From NCBI GenBank assembly GCA_963798485.1, contig CAWCTR010000010.1, forward strand, positions 61,411 to 125,410: a stretch of 64,000 nucleotides of DNA. The letters run 5' to 3'. The translations under genes and the position numbers were made by a program. The notes below the pieces were generated by a model, which had not been told where the DNA came from, did no database searches, and saw only the letters and a list, made by a program, of their open reading frames with translations. The number at the start of each line of letters is the position of its first letter. Position 1 is the first letter of the stretch. The DNA is from an uncultured delta proteobacterium. GTDB lineage: Bacteria; Desulfobacterota; Desulfomonilia; UBA1062. Shown piece by piece: positions 9,669 through 19,256 of the stretch.

Positions 9669-12600
9669 GTGATGAACAACACTTGCAAAAGGTTTTATAG
9701 TGGGTCTTTGTATGGCTTAATATCCGTATCTCTTCTATGCAGAGTACTTCTATTCCTGATTCTGCTCAACATTGCATCCATCCCTCTCATTAATAATGTC
9801 GCAGCCTGCCCGCCGGACCTCAAAGGGGATGTGGTTTTCGACAAGGACCGGCCCCTGGGGAGCGAGATCACGCTGAACAGCACGCTGTTCAATGTCTCGG
9901 GCAACCCCCTCTTCTATCAATGGTGCGGCCCTTTCTCCACGGTGATGGACCCCGGACCGATTGTCTTCCTACCCGAAGGCACCCATGCCATAACACTGTT
10001 CGCCTATGAGGGCATTCAGCGCTCCGGCCCGTTTACGCTCTATTTTGCAGTTGACCCTGAGTATTACATCCTGCCCATCGCCCTGAAAGGTAAAGTGTTT
10101 GTCGGCTGGCTGCCTGTAAAAGATGCACAGCAGTATCAGCTATACCGGGCGATTGAGACAACCCCCTCCAGTTTTGTAAAGATAGCTGATCTCCCATCAA
10201 GCTCTATCACCTACACTGACCCCAATCTCAGGGATGCAACATACTTGTATGTCCTGGGCGCACTGGTGAACGGTAAGTGGACTTTTTCCCACATAGCTAG
10301 CGCGCACCCGTTTACCAGCCTCCCCAAGCTGAACTATCCACCGGTCATATACTCGCAGCCCGTCATCCCGGCTACGGTGGACGTGCCGTATACCTACAAT
10401 GTCCTGGCGATCGACCCGCTGCCCGATATCCTCACCTACAGCCTCCTCAGCTCACCCCCGGGAATGACCATAAACAACCTGACCGGTCTCATCCAATGGA
10501 TGCCGCCCGCCATGGGCGATTACGAGGTTATTGTCAAGGTCAAGGACTTGAAGAACACCTACATGATCCAGACCTTCATTGTGGAAGCTGATGAATTGAA
10601 GGCCCCCAACAGACCTCCCGTCGCCCATGCAGGCGGGCCGTATACCGCGGATGTCGGCAAGGCAATGGTCTTCGACGGCTCTGCAACATACGACCCGGAC
10701 GGTGATACCCTGCAGTATGCATGGAACTTTGGTGACGGCAATAATGGAACCGGTGTATCTCTCAGCCATACCTATAACACCGTAGGTGCGCATCAGGTCA
10801 CACTCGTGGTCACGGACGGCAAAGGCGGGGTTTCAACCGATGCCACAACTGTAACAGTAACCTGTCAACAGCCCATGGTGGAGTTCTCAGCCGACCCGAA
10901 TTCCCTACGCCCAGGCGACCCGTGCACCCTCGTATGGTCTTCGGTAAACGCACAGAATGTAAGCATCGATGACGGCATCGGGCCTGTCAATGCATCGGGA
11001 ACCATGACAATACACCCCCAGAGCACAACGACCTACACCATCATGGCCGCAAGCCCTTGTGATAGCGCCACAAAGTCCGTTACGGTGATCGTGAACCAGC
11101 CGCCCGTTGTAACCATAGACGCCTCCCCGAAATCCATTATCCTAGGCCATTTTGCAACACTCACCTGGACCTCCGCCAACGCGGCTGCCATCACCATCGA
11201 CCAAGGCATTGGCTCGGTTATGCCGAATGGCTCCTTGTCGGTATCTCCGGCAACAGCCACCAACTATACCATTACCGCCCAGGGCCCCGGCGGGACCGCC
11301 ACTGCCAGCGTCGAAGTAAAGGTAAGCCCTCCACCGGCTCCCACAGTAAGTTTAACTGCAAACCCCACATCCATAATCCAAGGCGCATTTTCCACCCTCA
11401 CTTGGACCTCCGCCAATGCCGACACCCTGAGCATCAGTAGCGGCATCGGCCCGGTCAACCCGAACGGCTCCACTATTGTAACTCCCACTCAGACCACCAC
11501 CTACACCATCACTGCCCTTGGCCCTGGCGGGACTGCTACTTCGAGCGCTGCAGTCACGGTAACGCCTGCAAACGGCCCTCCCAGAATCGACAGTTTTACT
11601 GCCGCCTGCGGCGATAACCCTATCCTTAGAGGTTCATCCACTACACTAAGCTGGCGTTGCTCCAATGTGGATAATGTCACAACAGTCTACATCGAACCTG
11701 TAGGCTCGATTAATATCAGCGCATCTCCTCTTACAGTCTCCCCCCAGGTGACCACCGCCTATAACCTCACGGTTTCGAACCAGTGGGGTTTTGCGAGCGC
11801 GCAGGTCATCGTGAAGGTAACGGTTCCCCGTACGCCGCTGCCCGACGGGTCCTTCGGGAAACAGTATGAAGGGTTCATCCCCATTGATTCTACAGTGCAG
11901 CAATATAATACCAACCGGTTTTCTGTGATCACCGGCATCATGCAGGACAATACCAACGCCCCGCTGCCCGGGGTATCGGTCACGATCCTCGGACACCCCG
12001 AGTACGGCACGGCACAGACAGACAGCCAGGGGAGATTCGCACTGCCTGTTGAAGGCGGCAGCCTCATGACCGTGGTATACAGCAGGAATGGCTTTCTCAT
12101 AGTGCACCGGAATCTCAATGTACCGTGGAATGAAATAGCTGTTGCCGAGACCAGCGTGATGATCCCACGGGATACGGCGGCGACTACCATCACCCTTGAC
12201 GGGAACCCTCAAGCATCCTTTGTTCACCAGAGCGGTATCTCATCGGATAAGGACGGCACAAGGTCATGCACCCTGGTATTCAAGGGAGACGCCATTGCAA
12301 CAGCCGTAGATGCCGCAGGTAACACCACCAAGACCCTGCCAAGCACGATGTCGGTCAGGGTAACCGAGTTCACCGTGGGTCCTAATGGGAACCCAGCCAT
12401 GCCCGCTGAGCTTCCGCCCCAATCGGCATACACCTTCTGCGCCGAGTTCCAGGTAGACGGCGTCGAGAGGGTCAGGTTCAGCAAGCCCGTGGTTGCATGG
12501 GAGGATAACTTCCTCGGGTTACCTGTCGGCACCATAATCCCGGTAGGTTACTATGACCGGGATAAGGGTGTATGGGTACCCCATGCCAATGGTGTGGTTG

Positions 12601-14381
12601 TCAGACTACTCGATACGAATGGCGACGGCATTGTGGATGCCATCGATGCCAAAGGGAGTGGTCAGCCCACCGACCTCAATGGTAATGGTGATTTTTCAGA
12701 CGAAGTGGCGGGTCTCCAGCAGAACACATCCAGGTTCCAGGTCGGTAAAACATACTGGCGGGTGGAGATGTCTCACTTCAGCACAATGGATTTTAACTTA
12801 GCATATCTTGTCCCCAATGATACCCAAGAGCCTAATCCGAAGTATGATCCTCTGCTGCAGGGAGGAGAATACAATAAAGAGAATGTTCATCAGTGTTATC
12901 AGGTCCCTAATGCAGCATGTTCCGTAGAGGACAGGTCACAGAGCGTACATGAGGACATCCCAGTCCCCGGTACGGATATAAGCCTTCATTATGCAAGCAG
13001 CAGGGCACAGGGTAACAGGTACACCATCACCGTTCCTGCGAGCGGGGATACGGTATCGTCAAGTCTCTCATATATTAGTGTCCAGATGAGCATTGCCGGG
13101 AAGGTGTATTCCAATACACTAACCGCAGGGCCTAACCGCGTTGCAACATTTGTATGGGACGGGCTGGATGCATGGGGGAACCAGGCCTGTGGGAGAATTC
13201 TGGCAGATATTAAAATAGGTTTCGCTTACCCCGCACACTATGCTTCCATTGCAGAAGCGGTAAACAATCCTTCCCTCATGGTCTTTGGAAGAAACGGTGG
13301 TGGCTCAACCTGGACGCTTGGCTCCGCCACACGTTTGGAGACGATTGTATGGAAACAGTTCAGGATTGTTATTCAGAAGGAATCACTCGATAATTCCATT
13401 GCACATGGATGGTCGGCCAACATTAACCACCATGTGACGCCATATGATCCGAACATAATTTACAAAGGTGATGGGTCTATTGTGGATAATGAGAGTGTGA
13501 GGATGATCAGCACCTTTGCAAATTTCTCAAGCAGCCCCGGAAGCATTAGAGATGTTGCATGCGATTCTCAAGGGAATGTTTATGTAGCCCTTTTAAGCGG
13601 ATCTTGGGGGCTCTATAAATTTGACAAGAATGGTGTTCGCACTACGTTGGATACAAGACCTATAGCTGCAGTAACGGTTGATAGTCATGATAATATCTAC
13701 TATTCGGTACACCCGGGCCATTGCGTTGGGAACATTTCCACGGACTGCGGGGATATGATTTATAAAATAGGGTCTGATGGAATACCAGCCTATGTTGCAG
13801 GGACGCAATATGGCAACGGGAGTGAATCGGATAATATACCAGCAACACAGGCCTATCTGCCCATCACAAGCCTGGCTGTTGATAAAGATCAGAACATCTA
13901 TTTCGGTGCAGCATTCTATAACTACTCAGGTGAGGCAGGACCTCGTGTCCGTAAGATTGATACAAACGGGATTGTTTCAACAGTAGCGGGAAGCGGCTGG
14001 ACTTGGATGCATGGTGGAAATTACAATTATCCCGGGCCGGCCCGGGGGATTGATCTTGAAGGTGCTTATGCTGTCACACTTGACGCACACGGGAACATAT
14101 ATTTTTCAGGTGGGTCAGCAATTTTCAAGGTGGATACAAGCGGGTGGCTCACCTGTATTGCAGGAGGGAGGTATGCATCATCTTTTAATGACGGCATACC
14201 TGCAACAAGCGCAATTGTAGGAGCTGCCGGGTTAAAGATTGATGGATCCGGGAACATCTTTTTTTCAGAAACAAGTAGTTATAAGACTGGAATCATGAAA
14301 ATTGATTCCAGAGGCATTATATCAACTATAGCAGGCGGTGTTACACCAGGATTTTATCGGAGACGGTGGTCCTGCAATTAA
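9669..14381 (+). CDS. N-terminal part of a secreted teneurin-like protein (Ig/PKD repeats, carboxypeptidase-regulatory-like domain, FN-plug, NHL repeats); frameshifted at about 14352
   Basis: Hydrophobic N-terminal segment; PKD motif YAWNFGDG; EDIPVPGTDISLHYASSR and HGWS resemble the teneurin FN-plug; NHL repeats (D..GNIY); last residues go out of frame. Confidence 0.8.
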   Translation: MMNNTCKRFYSGSLYGLISVSLLCRVLLFLILLNIASIPLINNVAACPPDLKGDVVFDKDRPLGSEITLNSTLFNVSGNPLFYQWCGPFSTVMDPGPIVFLPEGTHAITLFAYEGIQRSGPFTLYFAVDPEYYILPIALKGKVFVGWLPVKDAQQYQLYRAIETTPSSFVKIADLPSSSITYTDPNLRDATYLYVLGALVNGKWTFSHIASAHPFTSLPKLNYPPVIYSQPVIPATVDVPYTYNVLAIDPLPDILTYSLLSSPPGMTINNLTGLIQWMPPAMGDYEVIVKVKDLKNTYMIQTFIVEADELKAPNRPPVAHAGGPYTADVGKAMVFDGSATYDPDGDTLQYAWNFGDGNNGTGVSLSHTYNTVGAHQVTLVVTDGKGGVSTDATTVTVTCQQPMVEFSADPNSLRPGDPCTLVWSSVNAQNVSIDDGIGPVNASGTMTIHPQSTTTYTIMAASPCDSATKSVTVIVNQPPVVTIDASPKSIILGHFATLTWTSANAAAITIDQGIGSVMPNGSLSVSPATATNYTITAQGPGGTATASVEVKVSPPPAPTVSLTANPTSIIQGAFSTLTWTSANADTLSISSGIGPVNPNGSTIVTPTQTTTYTITALGPGGTATSSAAVTVTPANGPPRIDSFTAACGDNPILRGSSTTLSWRCSNVDNVTTVYIEPVGSINISASPLTVSPQVTTAYNLTVSNQWGFASAQVIVKVTVPRTPLPDGSFGKQYEGFIPIDSTVQQYNTNRFSVITGIMQDNTNAPLPGVSVTILGHPEYGTAQTDSQGRFALPVEGGSLMTVVYSRNGFLIVHRNLNVPWNEIAVAETSVMIPRDTAATTITLDGNPQASFVHQSGISSDKDGTRSCTLVFKGDAIATAVDAAGNTTKTLPSTMSVRVTEFTVGPNGNPAMPAELPPQSAYTFCAEFQVDGVERVRFSKPVVAWEDNFLGLPVGTIIPVGYYDRDKGVWVPHANGVVVRLLDTNGDGIVDAIDAKGSGQPTDLNGNGDFSDEVAGLQQNTSRFQVGKTYWRVEMSHFSTMDFNLAYLVPNDTQEPNPKYDPLLQGGEYNKENVHQCYQVPNAACSVEDRSQSVHEDIPVPGTDISLHYASSRAQGNRYTITVPASGDTVSSSLSYISVQMSIAGKVYSNTLTAGPNRVATFVWDGLDAWGNQACGRILADIKIGFAYPAHYASIAEAVNNPSLMVFGRNGGGSTWTLGSATRLETIVWKQFRIVIQKESLDNSIAHGWSANINHHVTPYDPNIIYKGDGSIVDNESVRMISTFANFSSSPGSIRDVACDSQGNVYVALLSGSWGLYKFDKNGVRTTLDTRPIAAVTVDSHDNIYYSVHPGHCVGNISTDCGDMIYKIGSDGIPAYVAGTQYGNGSESDNIPATQAYLPITSLAVDKDQNIYFGAAFYNYSGEAGPRVRKIDTNGIVSTVAGSGWTWMHGGNYNYPGPARGIDLEGAYAVTLDAHGNIYFSGGSAIFKVDTSGWLTCIAGGRYASSFNDGIPATSAIVGAAGLKIDGSGNIFFSETSSYKTGIMKIDSRGIISTIAGGVTPGFYRRRWSCN
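10870..11825 (+). repeat. Four tandem about 80-aa Ig-like repeats inside the teneurin-like protein (approximate ends)
   Basis: Repeated P..I..G...TL.W.S.NA....I..GIG.V...G...V.P..TT.YTITA units in the translation. Confidence 0.75.
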
Positions 14382-17300
14382 CGCAATGTTCAATTACCCG
14401 GAGGGACTGGATATTGACCCCCTGGGTAATATTTATGTTGCTGATCAGGGCAATTACCGGGTACGGAGGATCACTACCAATACCAGTATCAGTTTGTTGT
14501 TATCCCAAATGACACAGGATGATATCCCTGGAGTCGAAGAGGGGTTGGGTTATATCTTCGACTATGCCGGTTATCATAAAAAGACTCTTGATCTGCAGAC
14601 CGGCTCCCAGCTCTATGCCTTCGGGTATGACAGCAACAGGAACCTCACCTCGGTCATTAACCGATTCGCCGAGACAACCACCATCGAGTATGCAGGCGGG
14701 GTTCCTTCAGCCATAGTCTCATACGACGGCATCAGGACAGCGCTGGCTGTCGATGAGGGACGCAATATCACGGATCTCACTTTCTCCGACGGCAATGGGT
14801 ATCATTTCGATTACAACAACGGTGGCTTCATGACCCGGGAACGAGATCCGAGGGGCAACGATTTTATTCATAACTTTGACGACACAGGCAAGGTCATGGA
14901 CGTGACCGACCCTGAAGGAGGCCACTGGGTCTACACGCGGCAGGTCAACCAGGCAACAGGGGAAACGGATTATGCCATAACCTCGGCCGAGAACAACACA
15001 ACAACCTATGCAGACACCACTGATTCCGCAGGGTTCCATTCCGTCATCACCGGCCCTGCAGGGGATCAGACGAACTACTTCCAGACCTCAAGCGGTCTGC
15101 ATGTGGAGAAGACGTTCTCGTGCGGCATGGGCCTCACGAGCGACTACGGCCTGGATGCGGCATACAAGTTCAAATTCATGAATAAGCTTGTGGAGAACAC
15201 GGGCAGTCTCTCCCGTACAACTACCTTTGCCAGGATCTATGCTGACTCAAATTCAGACGGCATACCCAACGACACCAATGCCGACGGCGTGCCCGACCTC
15301 ATCACCGAGACCTCGGTGCTGAACAGCAAGACTGCAATACTTGCAACCGACACCATCAACCACACCCATACCCTTACGAGCCCGGAGGGCAGGGGGACCA
15401 CGTTCACGTATGACCCTGGCACGCTGCTGACCACCCTGCTGCATGTGCCGGGGCTCATTGACACCTCCTACCAGTATGACAACAGAGGCAGGCCCGTTGG
15501 CGTTACGAGCGGCAGCCGCCCAACGAGTTTTGCGTACAATGACGCGAACGTGAATGACCGGACATCTGCAATCACAGACCCGAGGAATTTCACCACAATC
15601 TATCACTACAACAGCCGCGATCTCCTCTTCCAAGTGGACCGTCCGGATGGCAGCGGCATAAACTTTGACTATGACGCCGACGGCAACATGACTGTGCTGA
15701 GCAAGCCCGGGCCGACTTTAAGCGCCATGGTTGATCACGACTTCGGCTACAACCGCGTCAACCTGCCGGCATCGTACCAGACCCCGCTGAACAACACCTA
15801 TGCCTACACCTACAACAGGGACAGGCAGCTCTTGGGCATCAGCATGCCTTCGGGAAAACAGATCAGCAACACTTTTGCGTTCGGCCTGCTCACCCGCGTG
15901 CAGGCGCCCGAGGGTAACATAGACATCACGTATTCCTGCCCGTCCAAGATCAGCACCCTGACCAGAGGCGCACAGGGTATTTCTTATGGATACAACGGCT
16001 CGCTGCTGAGCTCCGAGACCATGAGCGGCTCCCTGAGCCAGAGCCTGAATTACACATACAACAACGACTTTGACATGAGCGCAGTGACCTATGCAGGCAG
16101 CGCCATGAACCTCACCTATGACAAGGACCGCCTGCTCAAACAGGCAGGCGCATATGCAATCACCCGTGATGCGGGCAACGGCCTGCCCACGGCAGTATCC
16201 GACGGAACTCTCACCATCGGCCGCACCTTCAATGGCTACGGGGAGCAGGCAAGCCTGTCATTCTCGGCCGGAAGCAGCGGGCATTCATGGAGCCTCACCT
16301 ACGATAACACAGGCAGGATAACAGGAAAGACCGAGACCGTGAACGGTACCACGAATACGTATGCCTATGCATACGACTCGCTGGGCAGGCTCCGCACCGT
16401 AACGTTGAACAACAGCGTGGTGGAGGATTACAGCTACGGCAACAATGGTGCCCGGATCTCGGAGATGAATGTGTACAAAGGCATCACAACATCAAGGACC
16501 CTGAGCTATTCCAATGACGACCAAGTGATCACCGCTGAAGGATCATCATACGCATACGATGCGGACGGGTTCCTGCATACAAAGACACAGGGTTCTTCCA
16601 CAACGACCTACACATATTCCAGCCGTGGTGAGCTGTTGAGGGTTAACCTGCCCGGTGGGACTGTGATAGAATACGACTACGACCCGCTGGGGCGGAGGAT
16701 AACGAAGAAGGTCAACGGCTCGATCACCGAGAAATATCTCTGGCAGAGTTCCACTCGTCTCTTTGCTGTGTACAATGGAGATAACACCTTAAGATACCGT
16801 TCCGAGTATGCAGACGGAAGGATGCCTGTAGCCATGACCGACGGCAGCAGCACTCGATACTACCTGAGCTATGACCAGGTGGGGAGCTTGAGGCTGGTGA
16901 CGGATACTGCGGGGCATGTGGTGAAGAGGGTGGATTATGACACCTTCGGGTATGTGGTGAATGACACGAATCCATCAATGACCATGCCGTTTGGATTTGC
17001 AGGCGGTCTGTATGACGGTGACACCGGAATCATCCGCTTCGGTGCCCGCGACTATGACCCTGACACCGGGAGATGGACGGCAAAAGACCCCATCCTCTTC
17101 AATGGCGGGGATATGGATCTGTATGGGTATTGTCTCAATGATCCGGTGAACCTGATTGATCCAGTTGGATTATGGAATCTTAGCCTATCAGTTTACTATG
17201 GATATGGTGGGTCTTTAACTCTCGGGCATGATAGTGGAAGGTTTTCCTTAAGGGTAGCCGGTGGCTTTGGTGTTGGAGGTGGAATTAGTTTTAAACCAAC

Positions 17301-17568
17301 TGGAAAATTTCCAAAATCTCCCGATGCACCATGTAGTGGACCTCTTGGATTTATTGGCGCAAGCGCTTGGGCAGGTGCCTCATTAGGTCCCATATCTGGT
17401 GGGTATAACTCCTTAGCAGGATTATCAATTTATCAACAAAGCGATGGGCGCCCGGATATGAGTTATATAGAACAGAGTGGACCATATGGAAGTTTAGTAG
17501 GTAAATCAGGCTGGGGGGTCAAATTGGGAGGTGGAATCAATATTGTAGATGTCGGAGTTGCATGGTGA
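14338..17568 (+). CDS. C-terminal part of the teneurin-like/RHS protein: last NHL blade, YD-repeat shell, RHS core and C-terminal putative toxin
   Basis: GDGGPA..FNYPEGLD, many YD repeats, PFGFAGGLYD..TG..RFGARDYDPDTGRWTAKDP, Y.Y..NDPVN.IDPVGL. Confidence 0.88.
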   Translation: MLHQDFIGDGGPAINAMFNYPEGLDIDPLGNIYVADQGNYRVRRITTNTSISLLLSQMTQDDIPGVEEGLGYIFDYAGYHKKTLDLQTGSQLYAFGYDSNRNLTSVINRFAETTTIEYAGGVPSAIVSYDGIRTALAVDEGRNITDLTFSDGNGYHFDYNNGGFMTRERDPRGNDFIHNFDDTGKVMDVTDPEGGHWVYTRQVNQATGETDYAITSAENNTTTYADTTDSAGFHSVITGPAGDQTNYFQTSSGLHVEKTFSCGMGLTSDYGLDAAYKFKFMNKLVENTGSLSRTTTFARIYADSNSDGIPNDTNADGVPDLITETSVLNSKTAILATDTINHTHTLTSPEGRGTTFTYDPGTLLTTLLHVPGLIDTSYQYDNRGRPVGVTSGSRPTSFAYNDANVNDRTSAITDPRNFTTIYHYNSRDLLFQVDRPDGSGINFDYDADGNMTVLSKPGPTLSAMVDHDFGYNRVNLPASYQTPLNNTYAYTYNRDRQLLGISMPSGKQISNTFAFGLLTRVQAPEGNIDITYSCPSKISTLTRGAQGISYGYNGSLLSSETMSGSLSQSLNYTYNNDFDMSAVTYAGSAMNLTYDKDRLLKQAGAYAITRDAGNGLPTAVSDGTLTIGRTFNGYGEQASLSFSAGSSGHSWSLTYDNTGRITGKTETVNGTTNTYAYAYDSLGRLRTVTLNNSVVEDYSYGNNGARISEMNVYKGITTSRTLSYSNDDQVITAEGSSYAYDADGFLHTKTQGSSTTTYTYSSRGELLRVNLPGGTVIEYDYDPLGRRITKKVNGSITEKYLWQSSTRLFAVYNGDNTLRYRSEYADGRMPVAMTDGSSTRYYLSYDQVGSLRLVTDTAGHVVKRVDYDTFGYVVNDTNPSMTMPFGFAGGLYDGDTGIIRFGARDYDPDTGRWTAKDPILFNGGDMDLYGYCLNDPVNLIDPVGLWNLSLSVYYGYGGSLTLGHDSGRFSLRVAGGFGVGGGISFKPTGKFPKSPDAPCSGPLGFIGASAWAGASLGPISGGYNSLAGLSIYQQSDGRPDMSYIEQSGPYGSLVGKSGWGVKLGGGINIVDVGVAW

Positions 17569-17631
17569 TAGTCTTTTTTGCAGGCCATAAACAAGAATTG
17601 TATGCTTTCAAGCACGATTATTTTGGAAATG

Positions 17632-17664
17632 AAGAGGTATCCTTTATCTATGAGGATACCTCTT
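17632..17664 (+). terminator. Perfect 12-bp hairpin after the RHS gene (possible terminator or processing site)
   Basis: AAGAGGTATCCT-N9-AGGATACCTCTT. Confidence 0.45.
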
Positions 17665-17673
17665 TGTGAAATA

Positions 17674-17958
17674 ATGAGAGCAGAAGAATACTCTTTCGTA
17701 GACCTTCTAATATTTTTAGGCATAGTTGCCAGCTTTATCATCTTCGGGCAATCCATTGGATGGAGATTGGTGGGTATATATCAGCTCTTCTTTACATTTA
17801 ATATTTTTCGAGAAAAAAAGATTGGCTTAGGGTATCTAGGTTTTATTCCGTCTACCTATATTAAAGGATATCTCTCAATATTGCTCGGCTTAATCAGCTT
17901 TTGCATAGCTGTAATGCTGATAATATTTCCGGAAAAGACAGTAATGAGATTGTTCTGA
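17674..17958 (+). CDS. Small membrane protein, candidate RHS immunity protein (start uncertain; ORF track starts at 17578)
   Basis: AT-rich, hydrophobic helices, directly downstream of the RHS C-terminus. Confidence 0.5.
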   Translation: MRAEEYSFVDLLIFLGIVASFIIFGQSIGWRLVGIYQLFFTFNIFREKKIGLGYLGFIPSTYIKGYLSILLGLISFCIAVMLIIFPEKTVMRLF

Positions 17959-17986
17959 TTTAAAGCAAGTTAAAGGGGGCTGTAAA

Positions 17987-18361
17987 ATGCCAACACCATT
18001 ATTTTATGAAAATGTGGCCGTTAAATTGAAACGATATATACCCTACTTTACAACTTGCTTTGTCATGGGCATCATTTTATGTCTTCTTTCCGCTGTGTTT
18101 ATTAAAACCGTTCCAAACGGATTTTTAATTTTTGGAATAGGTATATTACTCATCATTTGGGGCTGGGGTTTATTCCTAGTTTGTAAATGGTTTAACCCTT
18201 CTGCTAGTATCTTCAAAATAGATCAAGATAATCTACAGAGTGATAATAAAATGTTAACGGTATTAAAAGCAGGTGGAAGATGGAGTGCATCAATATTTCT
18301 AACAATATGGTTTTTATCAACCATTGGTATTCTTTTTTTCATTTTAAGTAGGTTGAGATAG
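17987..18361 (+). CDS. Small membrane protein, candidate (orphan) immunity protein
   Basis: AAGGGGG RBS-like motif, three hydrophobic segments, AT-rich, downstream of RHS. Confidence 0.6.
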   Translation: MPTPLFYENVAVKLKRYIPYFTTCFVMGIILCLLSAVFIKTVPNGFLIFGIGILLIIWGWGLFLVCKWFNPSASIFKIDQDNLQSDNKMLTVLKAGGRWSASIFLTIWFLSTIGILFFILSRLR

Positions 18362-18474
18362 AGAAAACCGATAGGGAAAACGAGGGAAGAAAACGGATTT
18401 AGAGACGAATAAAAATAAAGACGTCCGAAGCCTGTATGACGCTCGCCCGCTGTCACGTGTGCTGCAAGTTATTT

Positions 18475-18588
18475 ACATAACACAGCTCAGTTATCGATCC
18501 GGCACGGTCATGCCCTGTGCAGGTCAAGGAAGCCGGAGCAAGGAAGCGCACAGGCCACGCCCATGCCGGCCGCTAACCCGTGTTATGC
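18475..18588. other. Imperfect long hairpin with attC-like ends
   Basis: ACATAACAC...GTGTTATGC outer arms; inner CCGGCACGG/CCATGCCGG and CCTGTGC/GCACAGG pairs. Confidence 0.35.
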
Positions 18589-18751
18589 AAAAAACAGCAG
18601 CCCCCGCGCCAGCGGGCTTTTGCCCAGTCTCCCGCTCGGTACTTCGTAGCACGCCCGGGGTGCAAACCCCACGCCCTGCGACAATTGCCCGCCCTACCGC
18701 AGCACCTCCGCCCCCTGGGTGCCATGCCACGGCAGGTGCTCCATTGCCCGG

Positions 18752-18839
18752 GGAAACGGGGTCAGGTCTTGCTTTTTGCTTTTTTATAAACTGTGTATGT
18801 ACCAATAAGCAAAAAACAAGACCTGCCCCCTCGCTTTCC
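18752..18839. repeat. Miniature inverted-repeat element (REPIN/MITE-like)
   Basis: GGAAAC-GGGGTCAGGTCTTGCTTTTTGCTT ... AAGCAAAAAACAAGACCTGCCCCC-TCGCTTTCC. Confidence 0.75.
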
Positions 18840-18840
18840 G

Positions 18841-19193
18841 CAGACGGCATACCCAACGACACCAATGCCGACGGCGTGCCCGACCTCGTCACCGAGACTA
18901 CAGCAGTGAACGGCAAGAGCGCAACCCTTGCAACCGACACCATCAACCACACCCGCACCCTCACGAGTCCTGAAGGCAGGGCGACCACGTTCATGTATGA
19001 CCCGGGCACCCTGCTGACCACCCTGCTGCACGTGCCGGGGCTCACTGACACCACCTACCAGTATGACAACAGGGGCAGGCCCGTTGCCGTTACGAGCGGC
19101 AGCCGCACAACGAGCTTAGCGTACAATGACGCGAACGTGAATGACCGGACATCTGCAATCACAGACCCGAGGAATTTCACCACAATCTATCAC
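18841..19193 (+). pseudogene. Orphan 353-bp RHS/YD fragment, diverged copy of 15254-15606
   Basis: Colinear with 15254-15606 (DGIPNDTNADGVPDL...NFTTIYH) with several substitutions; no start or stop of its own. Confidence 0.9.
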
Positions 19194-19256
19194 GAAGGGA
19201 AAAGAAAGGAAAAGGGTGAAAGGAAAAGGAAAGAAAGGAAAAGGGAAAGGAAAAGG
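19194..19256 (+). repeat. Purine tract of tandem, variably truncated copies of GAAAGGAAAAGG
   Basis: GAAGG GAAAA GAAAGGAAAAGGGT GAAAGGAAAAG GAAA GAAAGGAAAAGG GAAAGGAAAAGG. Confidence 0.9.
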
